Assembly: GCF_001194135.2 (NCBI RefSeq) | Contig: NC_068986.1 | Coordinates: 8,034,256 to 8,090,149 of the forward strand | DNA from: Octopus bimaculoides | Taxonomy: Eukaryota | Direction: 5' to 3' | Length of the DNA stretch: 55,894 nt | Shown: positions 1 to 13,458 of the stretch, piece after piece | Layout: each line of letters begins with the position of its first letter | Numbering within the stretch: the first letter of the stretch is position 1 | Notes under the pieces: model-generated | What the model was told of the DNA's origin: nothing | Databases searched by the model: none | What the model saw: the letters and a program-made list of their open reading frames with translations, nothing else | Made by a program: the position numbers and the translations under genes

Positions 1-46
<46 letters not shown>

Positions 47-1898
47 GCACATACATATTCACACAATCACACACACACACACACACGATTGGATTTCGCT
101 GAGTGTCCGTCGCCCAAACTGTCAGCTTCGTTACCAATGTTAACTAACACCATTATACAACTGTTACAATCTTGATTGTTAATTTCCGTTAAATTCTGCC
201 GCAAATATTTTTGGTTATTGAAAATATTACAATGCTGTATGTTGTATTCATGAAATTTAAACAAACTGCCACTCGTAAATTATATTGTCTTTCTCAACAT
301 TCTTAAAATATAACAAGGATTGTAATCAATTTTGATAAAATCCAACTACAAAACTGCCAATAACGATGTTGTTACCAAAATCATTATTTTTCTGTTAAAG
401 TAGTTTTATGGTATAAAATATTTTACACAGTGCTATGATTAATAGATTAATACGTTTAGTATTTATTGTCAAAGTAGAAACAAGTAGTTAAAAGATATTT
501 GATATTACTATCTTGCAACGGCAATTAACAATTTGTGAGAGAAACGCTGCCTCACTGATACTTCATATTCTCCAAATTTCATGGATGCTATATTTCTCTG
601 TTGTTAATGATCCCTAAAAAGAAATATTTGTCTCACAAGTAGTCCTATCTTCCATTGTGACATGTCTTTAGGAAGGAGATAATATTGAATTATTTCAATA
701 ACGAACTGACGGAAATTAGATTTCCTCTGGAAAATGTTCCATCTAAAATAGCGGTTATTAATTTAAAATTGTTTAACGAAGAGCAAAATATGTTTCCATG
801 TGTTTTATGTATTACAATTTGGATTCAAACTACATTTCATTTTATGAATTGTTAACAGGTTTAATACATCAATATAAAAATGTCTGCATCATTTGCAATG
901 AATTCAAGTGAGAAAAATTATATTCTAAATTAGAGTGTTTAATTCATCTTGTGCAATGTTCGGAGATCATTTTCTCATAATTAAAGCAAATAAAATTAGC
1001 TACTGTTTCGCATCTGTTTTTCGGTTATCATTCCCATGAGCATCTTTCAGCGTTTCACATATGAAAAGTTTTTCTATGGGGCGTCTGTTGAAATACCAAA
1101 CATTCCCATTCTGCACTATAGCATAGCTTAATGAAATACATAATATATATATATACCTTCACATGTTATTTTGTCTTGAAGCAAGAAACTCACTCAATGA
1201 GTGTAAATTTAAATAATTCATTTCCCTGAAATTTTCAAAACTTTTACTCTTTTCCTTTCTTTCATTTTGTCACTTTCTACATTTTTGCTTCTTTACTTAA
1301 CATCATAGAATATACAAACTAAGCTGCCAGCATCTTGCATGTATCAATTAATTGTTTAAAATAACTCGCCTTCCAACTTCACCATCTTCACTGACTCTAA
1401 ATATCTAATAAAGGCACACCCAGCCACATACCTACCATAAAACACACACGCATATCGACATCTTGAAATTCTCTCGCTTGAAACCAGTTTTTTCTCAAAC
1501 AGAGGAAGGGACTTACTTGGTCCTAAATGTCATAGGCCACATCACTCCATAGAATCACACTTAAAACACATTCAGCAACCTGTAAGAGGAGTTCCTCACT
1601 CGCTCTAAGTCTCCTAGCCTCTTTTTCTTTGTGTGTTTCCCCTCACTGAAATATTTTATTTTCGAAAGGTCCAATGAGCCAACATATCGAAACTTACAAA
1701 TACTCATCACTTTATAAAAGATATTTTACATTTCATTCAACATTTTATGCTCAGTTCTACATCAGTTCTACATCAGATAGACGTGCACAGAATGTAATAA
1801 TGTATTGAAACCGGGACATTACTATAATCATATACGCGTGTTTTTGAGTGGTGAGGGAGAGGGAGAGAATGTGTGTGGTGGTAGAGGGGGTGTTAGTG

Positions 1899-2776
1899 TG
1901 CCTTTCATCAGTTTTCCTGGGCGTTTGGATTTGATAGTTTTTTGTAACTACCTCTGCAAGTTGGCATACACCTCTCTATTGATGAGGTATATTCTATTTT
2001 GAATATACTCAATAAATACGATGCCTTTTGCATTCCGAAACAATGAGGTCATCACTTTCCCTGATAATGAAACGACCTTGACTTTCTTTGTAGCAGGTGA
2101 GGAGAAGTGTTTCCACTGCATGGATTGTCTCTGTGTCTCTAGCTCAAAATGATAACCATAACACTCAACCAGTGTTAGGAAACGTGCAAGGAAACCAGCT
2201 GGATCTGCTTCAATTCCTGATTTTCAGCCTGGGGCGCTTTTGATCAGGTGTTAGGAAACCAAGTAGAAACTTTTGTCATGCAAAGTTCATTGTGCTAGAA
2301 TATTCTCAACTCTGTCAAGGGATATGCTAATAGCATTGGCTATTTGGTTTCTAGCCAATCACCTGTCATCCATCACCATGTGGTGAACACGATCAAGGTT
2401 TTCCTCGATGGTGGCAGTTGCAGGATGTGCAGACATTGGGTCATCTTCAAAACACTCCCTTCATCTCCTAAATTATTCTCCTCACTTTTGGACTGTTGAT
2501 AAAGCTGGAGTATCATCCTCTAATGTAGCAACTATGTCAGTATGAATGCTATTGGGACTAAACCCTTTTTCTGCAGGCACTTGATAACATCACGATGCCA
2601 TATTTTGTCCATTTCCAAGAGAAGTCAGTACCAGTTACTTTTGAAGTATTGTTTGAACAGTCAGATGTCAGCTTATCTGGAAAGAAACAATGCAGTAATT
2701 AAGAAGAAGGAAGATTTTACCGCTCTAAGCTCACTCTTTCATTGTAATCCTATGCACTTTTCAGTCCACCCTCTTA
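1899..2776 (-). mobile_element. Degenerate, truncated mariner (D,D34D-type Tc1/mariner) transposon with 5' TIR
   Basis: Minus-strand translation from ATG at 2612 gives MDKIWHRDVIKCLQKKGL...; later RQSMQWKHFSSPATKKVKVVSLSGKVMTSLFRNAKGIVFI and TIKSKRPGKLMKG, which match mariner transposase. Stops and frameshifts are present. A TIR-like end (CCTATGCACTTTTCAGTCCACCCTCTTA) lies at about 2748-2776 and is shared with the copy at 35.2 kb. Confidence 0.9.
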
Positions 2777-2880
2777 ATGAAAACATTTTATTTATAATAT
2801 TCGATTCCTTTTCGATAAGTTAAGCATCCACGTAAGAAATTACATTGTTTACCTCTAAGCCTATAACAGTTTACTTTCTA

Positions 2881-2885
<5 letters not shown>

Positions 2886-2912
<27 letters not shown>

Positions 2913-3150
2913 NNNNNNNNNNNNNNNNNNNNNNNNNNNNNNNNNNNNNNNNNNNNNNNNNNNNNNNNNNNNNNNNNNNNNNNNNNNNNNNNNNNNNNNN
3001 NNNNNNNNNNNNNNNNNNNNNNNNNNNNNNNNNNNNNNNNNNNNNNNNNNNNNNNNNNNNNNNNNNNNNNNNNNNNNNNNNNNNNNNNNNNNNNNNNNNN
3101 NNNNNNNNNNNNNNNNNNNNNNNNNNNNNNNNNNNNNNNNNNNNNNNNNN

Positions 3151-3233
<83 letters not shown>
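2886..3233. repeat. (TA)n and (AGAT)n microsatellites flanking an N gap (2913-3150)
   Basis: Directly visible in the sequence. Confidence 0.97.
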
Positions 3234-4699
3234 TCAATGTAGATATACGAGGCGAATGAGTTTAGTGGCTGGATGGTACAAGTCTTACCACTATTCGTCA
3301 ACGAGCTGACTTTTAATGCCGTCGATCTACCTCTTAAATTGCAATGGTGTCCAACTCGGCTAATAAAGTGCAAACATTTGGAAATCAAATGCGTTTAGCA
3401 ACACATTAAAATCTTCACAGAAACAAACGTATCTTATTGCTTTGAAGATGTTACCAAAATACTTATTACTACTAGGGTACTATTTTATCCGTTCGTACAA
3501 ATGTTGGTCCGTGGCAATGAAACAGCTGCAGCTTCAGATGACGCATGATTCACAGTGGAAATCACAGACTCGTGTTGTTGATTTAACTACAGTATATTCC
3601 GTGATAGTTTTATAGGAAATGCAACTCAGTAAAACCTCATCAGGTCACACCAACAATAAACCATTTTCTCTTAAACAAATACTTAAAAGAATAAAGTGGA
3701 CAGCTGCTGCAACAACACGAAGCCAATAATCTGTAAACATTCACAAGAAAAGGAGTGTCTTATGTAAAACTAATTTTCCTCGTTCAGTTAATATTAATGA
3801 AACGATTATTGAATGGAGATAATAACAGGCACAAAAATACTGCAATCAACAATGTTTTTAGAACTATCAACCTAAAATGATTAACGAACATACAGAATAC
3901 CGTGTAACTCTCTGCAAACTTATATCATTCCAGTATCTCTATTTAACAGTTCCCTATAATTTTAACCTGAACACGTACATAGTAACATCAGTTTCCTAAT
4001 TGGAAATCTTAAAACATTTACGGCAAAGGTGATTGAAATAAAAAAATTCATTTCCAGGTTAACAAGACCGAATACGACAAAGAAGGACGTTTTAACTTAG
4101 GGGTATCTTAGAAATCCCGAAATGCACCGAATTTACAATCTGAAACGCAACGTCACGTGATTTCGATTTTAAAGTATGTAACTAGATGATTGGGTGCAGC
4201 TGAAGTGAGATAGATGAGGATGTGAGGTGTTCATCAGCGATTTGATTAAATAATTAAAGAAAATTTATATACAACGCACCATGTAATAGTGACCTAAGAT
4301 AAATGTGTCTAACATGAATTTATCTTTGTTCGAGAGCAGAATAATGAAGGGGTGCTGGTTCCTTAAGAAATCTTCATGAAAAGAGTGAATAAGCGAAGAG
4401 AATGAAAATGTGTATTTTCATCTGATTAACGTATCGCAATGGAGGCTTTAAATATAATTACATTGAATTGCATTGAATTACAGAAAGCCTCTTCCGTTTG
4501 TGCAGGTCTTTCACGAGAACAAGTCAGTATTTTAGGTTTACTACAAATATAGCCAGATGCGGCTTGATGTCTTGGATTAATACATTTCCTCTTAAGCCAT
4601 AAATACCTCAAAATCTTAAATAAGGAGAATGTAGAAACTTATCGGAGATGTTGAAGCATTATTGTGGTGAAATGAAAGATCATTTTGAGTCTCACTGGC

Positions 4700-5210
4700 G
4701 AGATACAGGAAGCGAGTTTGAAGTCCTAAAAAGTCTTGGACGAACCGCAGCTGTTATGAAGTCATTAGACAAAGGTGCTAAATGCTGCCGATATCTGTGT
4801 ATAAGGGGGAAAAGGTTCAGGATTTTAGGTTTCAGATCCTCCACTGCCTGATCTATAGTTGTAAAACTTTGGGACCAAAACGATCCTCAGGCTTATGGGT
4901 TAGCATTGGTCGCATTTCGTATCCAACCAATGACTCTGCTCAGAAACTGGGATGCGTCTCGTTGCTCATATAATTGTTTGACCATGTTTCTCGATATTTC
5001 GAGCTAAAGCCTGCTTACTGTGTTTTCGTCACTGAGGGCTCGGTTGGTCGACCACATGGCAAATGTCACGGAAGATGAGAAGGTATCTCGCAGAGATGGG
5101 AACTGACTTGGACCCAGTCCGGCGGATAGCCCGGGGGTGGGGGCAGGATATATATCGACAAATGATGAATGCGGGAACACGCTGCAGCGGTGCATGACCC
5201 CACATCTTAT
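4700..5210 (+). mobile_element. RTE-clade LINE 3' remnant (post-RT region to ORF end)
   Basis: Frameshifted translation gives GSEFEVLKSLGRTAAVMKSLDKG..CCRYLCIR, then ILHCLIYSCKT, then WQMSRKMRRYLAEMG...QMMNAGTRCSGA*PH. This resembles RTE C-termini (EV.RRIG.A.GVM.SL....RCRYLC; LLYGCETW; DAATRCSGAC). Confidence 0.75.
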
Positions 5211-6657
5211 CTGAAGCGTTTCCTCTCCGCGGACACCAAATACAGAATTCTTTCTCTAAATTACTTAAGCGGCATCAATATTACATCTCGTCTCTCACCT
5301 CACTCAACGTTGTTCCCCAGCCTTAATAACAGGATGCCAGTAAGATTCTTTGATTGGATAATCATTAACTAATGAGTATGAAAGCGTCGGTGAAAGGTTA
5401 TTGAGTTAAATTATATCGAAACATAAGTGTCGTATGTGTGTAGGTACACACACATACACACAGACATATATATTACATTTTCTACATTTTCGTGCAGCTG
5501 AAGATTGCTCTTCATATTGCATTTAAGGTAATGCTCACATTACTTAAATAAATTGAAGTAGCATGAAACGTGCGTACTGCAATCACTTTTGAAATCCGTG
5601 TTGCTTATTGTTTGATTTTAATCACCCATCCTTTTGGGATGCGATATTCGGGTGCCTTCGCATAAGTACCATATTCAAACCTTGAATCTATATCTAAACC
5701 GTCTACGATAATGATAGATAAATAGATATAGAAACAAATACATATATCCCTTTCCCCCTATNNNNNNNNNNNNNNNNNNNNNNNNNNNNNNNNNNNNNNN
5801 NNNNNNNNNNNNNNNNNNNNNNNNNNNNNNNNNNNNNNNNNNNNNNNNNNNNNNNNNNNNNNNNNNNNNNNNNNNNNNNNNNNNNNNNNNNNNNNNNNNN
5901 NNNNNNNNNNNNNNNNNNNNNNNNNNNNNNNNNNNNNNNNNNNNNNNNNNNNNNNNNNNNNNNNNNNNNNNNNNNNNNNNNNNNNNNNNNNNNNNNNNNN
6001 NNNNNNNNNNNNNNNNNNNNNNNNNNNNNNNNNNNNNNNNNNNNNNNNNNNNNNNNNNNNNNNNNNNNNNNNNNNNNNNNNNNNNNNNNNNNNNNNNNNN
6101 NNNNNNNNNNNNNNNNNNNNNNNNNNNNNNNNNNNNNNNNNNNNNNNNNNNNNNNNNNNNNNNNNNNNNNNNNNNNNNNNNNNNNNNNNNNNNNNNNNNN
6201 NNNNNNNNNNNNNNNNNNNNNNNNNNNNNNNNNNNNNNNNNNNNNNNNNNNNNNNNNNNNNNNNNNNNNNNNNNNNNNNNNNNNNNNNNNNNNNNNNNNN
6301 NNNNNNNNNNNNNNNNNNNNNNNNNNNNNNNNNNNNNNNNNNNNNNNNNNNNNNNNNNNNNNNNNNNNNNNNNNNNNNNNNNNNNNNNNNNNNNNNNNNN
6401 NNNNNNNNNNNNNNNNNNNNNNNNNNNNNNNNNNNNNNNNNNNNNNNNNNNNNNNNNNNNNNNNNNNNNNNNNNNNNNNNNNNNNNNNNNNNNNNNNNNN
6501 NNNNNNNNNNNNNNNNNNNNNNNNNNNNNNNNNNNNNNNNNNNNNNNNNNNNNNNNNNNNNNNNNNNNNNNNNNNNNNNNNNNNNNNNNNNNNNNNNNNN
6601 NNNNNNNNNNNNNNNNNNNNNNNNNNNNNNNNNNNNNNNNNNNNNNNNNNNNNNNNN

Positions 6658-6692
<35 letters not shown>

Positions 6693-7257
6693 CGTAGCCT
6701 CATCCATATAATCTAATTACATCAACTTACGATAAAACACATATTGGGTTTCTAATGAATCGTCAGAAAATATTAACGCATTTTGAATCGTTCATAAGTA
6801 TTGCGTTTTTTGTTCTTTTAACTGAATACTTCAGATTTTTTTCATCGGGAAACATTATTGCATACATGTTTGTTATTTTTTCTTTTGTTTTTTTTTCCGT
6901 AAAATCAATACATTAATTCTTCTTTATGTTGAACATGTAATGCACCAATAAGAATTATGTTATAACACGAGGAGTCGAGAAATATTTCACGATTCTATAG
7001 AGACGTGAAGTGTAATCGATATAGACGATAAAGGAAGAACTATGTTCGAGAATATAATTTATATGGTTATACAAATTACAACTAATTCCATAGAATGAAA
7101 AAGCAGTGCACATTTTTCAACAATACATCATCTTGAAATATTTCTTATTTCCGGTATGAATGATGTAAGTTTCTATTTTTTATCCGGTACAGAAAATACA
7201 TTTGAACAAACATGAATTGCATAACGCTAACGTGGACAGTAAACATAATAGATATAC

Positions 7258-7355
<98 letters not shown>

Positions 7356-7499
7356 CGGTGAATTTGCTTTGTGTGTTGCAGAAGAATAGTAAGAAATCCA
7401 TCAACATGCATTAAAGTCTATAAACAATAAATATAGTAGCAGTAGTAGCAGTAGTAGTAGTAGTAGTAGTAGTAGCAGCAGCAGCAGCAGCAGCAGCAG
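7258..7499. repeat. (TA)n tract and (AGT)/(AGC)n trinucleotide tract
   Basis: Directly visible at about 7258-7353 and 7435-7499. Confidence 0.95.
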
Positions 7500-7873
7500 G
7501 CAGTGTTGCAAGATAAACAAATTTTGGGTTAGTTCAAATATGAAACATATTTTCTAAAGGCAAAAACACGCCGTTTTAACGTAGGAAAAAAAAATTCACG
7601 GTGATTGATAACGGTGCAAAACCACCAATATCTGCCCAGTATCACCCCTCCATCAGACACCTAGACGCATTTCTGGCTGTTTAGTCTACGTTAGTTGAAG
7701 ATGCCGAAGACAGATAACGCTGGGCATATCATAAAACCATAGCGTTATCATAGAACACTAAACATCAGTGACTAACTTGCGCTCGCAGACAGCTCGGTCA
7801 GAAGAAATATATCAGAAACATACTTGTACTAAACTAAACTTTGTTTATATAAATATATCGGTGTCCACCCGCA

Positions 7874-7916
<43 letters not shown>

Positions 7917-8074
7917 AGGAAATGTCTCAACTGTAAGATCTTTTTGTTGTTCTGTATGTTTATGAGCTTCTAGAGGTAAGCGAGTCGTTAGATATATTCA
8001 GAATATAAAGGAATTAAATAAATAGACCGAGGTATTTATTTGTCTTTACTCAACGCTTCTCTCATGATTCTACC

Positions 8075-8243
8075 AAACTCAGAATACAGAGACGGGCGAA
8101 ATACTTCAGTGAATTTTGTCTGGTCTGCTGACGATTCTGCCAGCTCACCGCCTCGGCGAAATTTCAACTCAGAACGTAGCGGCAGACGAAATACCGCTAA
8201 GCATTTCGTCCAGCGTGCTAACATTTCTGCAAGCTCGCTGCCT
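8075..8243 (-). mobile_element. tRNA-derived SINE (family B here), two tandem 5' heads
   Basis: The reverse complement reads AGGCAGCGAGCTTGCAGAAATGTTAGCACGCTGGACGAAATGCTTAGCGGTATTTCG...TTCTGAGTTGAAATTTCGCCG, followed at once by a second, more decayed head. It is homologous to 22094-22372 and 45752-45960 and has a B-box-like GAGTT(C/G)AAAT. Confidence 0.8.
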
Positions 8244-8593
8244 CCTTTCTAATTAGTAGTAACGAAAATGTAAAGAAATAATAACTGCTTTCGTTAACAT
8301 TTGCATCCAATACAAAACAAAATATAATGAAGCAGCGAATATCTTGTTAAATGTACACAGAAAAGAAAATATTCTTAAATCTTTAAGTTAATTACCAGAA
8401 TTTTTGTATGGAACACATGACGAAATTTAAATTATGAAAATTGAGGGATTCATAAGAGAAATAAAAATAGAAAATTTATTAATATGATAAAGTAGTTTTA
8501 AAGTGCAAGTGATTAGTCAATAAATTAATTTATCTTAAGACAAATTTTAAAACGAAACTGAAATAACACATACATATGTATATAAGTGTATAA

Positions 8594-8624
<31 letters not shown>

Positions 8625-9998
8625 GGGGGGGGTGTATTCATATGTATATATGTATATACGCATATACATATATATATATATATATATATNNNNNNNNNNN
8701 NNNNNNNNNNNNNNNNNNNNNNNNNNNNNNNNNNNNNNNNNNNNNNNNNNNNTGTGTGTGTGTGTGTGTGTGTACTTCAAAGGATTCAATGAAGCAGTTT
8801 TTGTCGGTTGAAACATTTGTGCAACTTTTCAAAGTTAAAGTGCTCCAAATTTCCCCAGAATCTATGAAACTCGCATTCCATCAATTTTCGTTACACTGTA
8901 AAACGTATCTAAGTCTTCCCTCATAAATATCTCCCACGCCAGAAAGACTGGAGTTATGTCTTTCATAAAAGAATATATGTAATGGAACGGACACAGAATA
9001 AAGTCTGCTAATACAATCTATTCACAAAGCGTGTATATTGAAAATTACTAACTCATTGTAACAGAAAGTAGGATAGCCATAAATATATTTATTATGATCT
9101 TCATTAACGTAATGAAGAATTTCTATGGGTGAATTTGATTTAGAGTATTGTCTCAAAGCTTTGCAATATGGCAGAGAGAAAGGCAGTAAATAAACAATAT
9201 CATGGTATATATCTTCAAAGCTTGCTTTCTTTATGAATAGCGTTATTGCACACCATGCCATTCAATGTTCATAAAATCGATCCCAAGGCATATCCACCAA
9301 TATTGATGGTGGAATAACATATTCATTAAATAAGTAATCGGGGAAGCACTGTGCTAGTTTAGTAAATTAAACTCAACTAGCAGTGCTACACTATACACGT
9401 TATACAAACAGCATCCTGCCACAAATTGCAGACTATTGTGGAAGAAATTCGTGCTAATGAATCTCTGGCTTCAATTTTGCAGTATGCACTTGTAAGGCAC
9501 GTTGACATAAAGGACGTGGAATCTTATTTATCTTACATTGATAAGGATATGTAAACTTATCTATCCTACTTTGGGTACACATATGTTTCACTAAACAACC
9601 TCTACTACAAGTGCACAGTCCGCACTTTTCAGAACTATAAGATAAACAAAACGATGCACGTACGTACGTGTGTGTGTGTGTCTGTGTGTGCGTGTGTGTA
9701 TGCGCCGTGCGTGCGTATGTTGGCTACAATTAGAAATAGATAGAAAGTGTAGTTGTTATTTTAATATGTTGTTTACTTTTATTCACACAAAATATATTTA
9801 AAACTCAGCATTGTGTCCATTCTAATAAGTGTTCATTATTTAGTATTTAATTTCAATAAAACATAATGGTATTTATTTGAAAAGCATTCTACATTTATGT
9901 CCACTTTTATATTGCAAATTATATATATATGTATTCATACATACATACATACATACATACATACATACATACATACATACATACTATATATTATTTAC

Positions 9999-10036
<38 letters not shown>

Positions 10037-10054
10037 TACAGTTCTATATTTAAG

Positions 10055-10225
10055 AGATGAGGAATTATTTACATTATTTACATTATTTACATTTGTCGGA
10101 TATTTATCCTCATCTTGTTTGTTGTTAACACAACGTTTCGGCTGATATACCCTCCAGCCTTCGTCAGGTGTCTTGGGGAAATTTCGAACCTGGGTTCTCA
10201 TTCCTAACGATGTTACTATTATTAT
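10055..10225 (-). mobile_element. Penelope-like element terminal (pLTR) fragment
   Basis: Contains the PLE terminal signature CCTGACGAAGGCTGGAGGGTATATCAGCCGAAACGTT on the minus strand and a (TTATTTACA)3 tandem. Confidence 0.7.
10127..10172 (-). ncRNA. Minimal type I hammerhead ribozyme-like motif
   Basis: Minus strand: GACAC-CUGACGA-A-GGCUG-GAGGGUAUAU-CAGCC-GAAAC-GUU-GUGUU. Stem I is GACAC/GUGUU, stem II is GGCUG/CAGCC (5 bp), and helix III is reduced to palindromic AACGUU. Confidence 0.6.
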
Positions 10226-11135
10226 ATTATTATCATTATTATTATATAATAATAGTAACATCGTTAGGAATGNNNNNNNNNNNNNNNNNNNNNNNNNNNN
10301 NNNNNNNNNNNNNNNNNNNNNNNNNNNNNNNNNNNNNNNNNNNNNNNNNNNNNNNNNNNNNNNNNNNNNNNNNNNNNNNNNNNNNNNNNNNNNNNNNNNN
10401 NNNNNNNNNNNNNNNNNNNNNNNNNNNNNNNNNNNNNNNNNNNNNNNNNNNNNNNNNNNNNNNNNNNNNNNNNNNNNNNNNNNNNNNNNNNNNNNNNNNN
10501 NNNNNNNNNNNNNNNNNNNNNNNNNNNNNNNNNNNNNNNNNNNNNNNNNNNNNNNNNNNNNNNNNNNNNNNNNNNNNNNNNNNNNNNNNNNNNNNNNNNN
10601 NNNNNNNNNNNNNNNNNNNNNNNNNNNNNNNNNNNNNNNNNNNNNNNNNNNNNNNNNNNNNNNNNNNNNNNNNNNNNNNNNNNNNNNNNNNNNNNNNNNN
10701 NNNNNNNNNNNNNNNNNNNNNNNNNNNNNNNNNNNNNNNNNNNNNNNNNNNNNNNNNNNNNNNNNNNNNNNNNNNNNNNNNNNNNNNNNNNNNNNNNNNN
10801 NNNNNNNNNNNNNNNNNNNNNNNNNNNNNNNNNNNNNNNNNNNNNNNNNNNNNNNNNNNNNNNNNNNNNNNNNNNNNNNNNNNNNNNNNNNNNNNNNNNN
10901 NNNNNNNNNNNNNNNNNNNNNNNNNNNNNNNNNNNNNNNNNNNNNNNNNNNNNNNNNNNNNNNNNNNNNNNNNNNNNNNNNNNNNNNNNNNNNNNNNNNN
11001 NNNNNNNNNNNNNNNNNNNNNNNNNNNNNNNNNNNNNNNNNNNNNNNNNNNNNNNNNNNNNNNNNNNNNNNNNNNNNNNNNNNNNNNNNNNNNNNNNNNN
11101 NNNNNNNNNNNNNNNNNNNNNNNNNNNNNNNNNNN

Positions 11136-11189
<54 letters not shown>

Positions 11190-11372
11190 CTGTGTCTATG
11201 TTTGCCCCCCACCCCACCCGCCATCGCTTGATGACTGACGGTAAAAGAGACCGATAAAATCAGTATAGGCATGCAAAGAATTAGTCCTGGAGTCAATTTC
11301 TTCGAATAAAGGTAGTGCTCCAGCATGGGGGCAGTCAAATGATTGAAACAAAGAAAAGAACAAAAGAATAAA
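11136..11372 (+). mobile_element. SINE (family A here), 3' half after its internal (TG)n
   Basis: The tail GGTAGTGCTCCAGCATGGGGGCAGTCAAATGATTGAAACAAAGAAAAG matches the tail of the copy at 37655-38020 (GGTGCTCCAGCATGGCCGCAGACAAATGACTGAGAC). Confidence 0.75.
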
Positions 11373-11656
11373 ATTATGCTGAGGCCGCTTATACACATCA
11401 CTACATCGGATATTATTAGTATGGATAAAAGCCTGTTTAACCCCAAGAGAAGAATACATCCTAAAATGAAATTACCGCGAATTAATCTAACAATGAAGAG
11501 ACTTAATCATTTGAGACAAGGTCTGTGGAATCCTGAGAATGTTTTCGGAGAAGTATAAGAATTAGTGCTATCATTTGCATCACGTGATTTTCACAAACTT
11601 TGGTTAATATAAACATATATGATAGAAAACAACAGAAACATCTGTACAAAGTTGTG

Positions 11657-11699
<43 letters not shown>

Positions 11700-11908
11700 N
11701 NNNNNNNNNNNNNNNNNNNNNNNNNNNNNNNNNNNNNNNNNNNNNNNNNNNNNNNNNNNNNNNNNNNNNNNNNNNNNNNNNNNNNNNNNNNNNNNNNNNN
11801 NNNNNNNNNNNNNNNNNNNNNNNNNNNNNNNNNNNNNNNNNNNNNNNNNNNNNNNNNNNNNNNNNNNNNNNNNNNNNNNNNNNNNNNNNNNNNNNNNNAC
11901 ATATATAT

Positions 11909-11944
<36 letters not shown>

Positions 11945-12657
11945 GACTTCAGGGAGAAATTGAACTGAGATATCTTTTCCAACGAAACTCTATCTTGCAT
12001 ATGTGTATCTGCCAGCCAAGGTAATTAAAAGCAATTTTCAATTATATATAATTTCAAAGTATTATCTTTTCCTAGAGTGACACAAAATAATTACAATCTA
12101 AATTCCAAAGATACCTACAAGATTATTATTTTTTAATATATATTCAATGCTTTAAAATAAAATGTAAGTGTGGTATATAATAAAAGCAATTTTGTCAAAT
12201 TGATGTCACAATTGTCTTTCTGTCGGTTAAAATCCCCCGGGCCATTGAAACAATTCAATCTTTAGTTTGAAACTTGAGTCTTTTGTTATATCTTTCAAGA
12301 AATTTAAATATATTTAAAAGATGCCCGGCTACAATGATCTTTCAAATTATATTCTATATCAGTATTGTTTGTAAGAAATTGCGTGACAAGAATCACATAT
12401 AAAATATATAAATCAGAAAAATATTTTGCACTGAATGAAAATACATACAAAATTCTCATTATATAAAATTTTGACTCTGAGGAGAGAATGTTTCGAATTA
12501 GTTTTTCGGTATATCGACAGCTACGAAAATGACTTCAATTCACGTCAATAGCCAACTTGTGTCATATTTCTTTGCGACTTTTCTTTGCTTTAGGTTTTCT
12601 GTTTTACTTCTGTTTTCTTCTTTTTTTGTAATTATGTGAATTATACAAACGGGCAAT

Positions 12658-12660
<3 letters not shown>

Positions 12661-12732
<72 letters not shown>
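12661..12732. repeat. (CT)n microsatellite
   Basis: Directly visible in the sequence. Confidence 0.97.
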
Positions 12733-12741
<9 letters not shown>

Positions 12742-13204
12742 TGGTTCATTCAAAGCTATCTGTTCACCGATCAAATTTGTGAAATTTCAACTTCTTAGCC
12801 GTCTTTAATAAGATCGAAATATATTCTAAATTGTTACCTTGCCTACTAACAAAGATCAAATATTGGAACTAGTTGTGTTAATCTGATATTCTGAGAAATC
12901 TTAATTCGTTGAGAATTGTTAGTCGCATCAGTCTCTGTGTGCCTGAATAAACTGAATTCATGCCATTCCTCACTAGTGATCTTTCTGTCATGTTACCAAT
13001 TTGAATTCCACCAATTATAGTTGTGATAATGTTTCGTAATACTTCTACTCGGAAAAATACTTTTTGCAGGATTAAAGCTCGTTCGCGAATTTTTTTCTTC
13101 CCTGAAAAGGTCTGATATAATCAGAATATATCCCCTTGCCGGCTACAACATAGTACATGTTTCACCCTAAGCATGTGTGTATGTATATATATATATACAC
13201 ACAC

Positions 13205-13247
<43 letters not shown>

Positions 13248-13458
13248 CATTAACAATTTTTATATATATATATATATATATATATGAGTTTAGAGGGATA
13301 TATTAGACTGGAGGATACCGTCGTAGATCTCAGTTATCAGTTATATTCCAAATTACAGCTGCATCGATTAGTATTTAATGATTATGACTACTAGGAGTTG
13401 TCACTATGTAAATTCCTCCGATGTGTAATTCCGTTTTCGCTTCACCTAATGGTAAATA

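Noticed and set aside
1517-1579. Minus-strand 63-nt exon-like segment (CTTACAG acceptor, GTAAGT donor)
   Set aside because: It has stops in all three frames and no other support.
9381-9554. 57-codon open frame (…LQTIVEEIRANESLASILQYALVRHVDIKDVESYL…)
   Set aside because: There is no start codon, no recognisable motif and no convincing splice context.
11385-11550. Possible CR1-type RT remnant (ILLVWIKACLTPRE)
   Set aside because: The similarity is too short and weak to call by eye.
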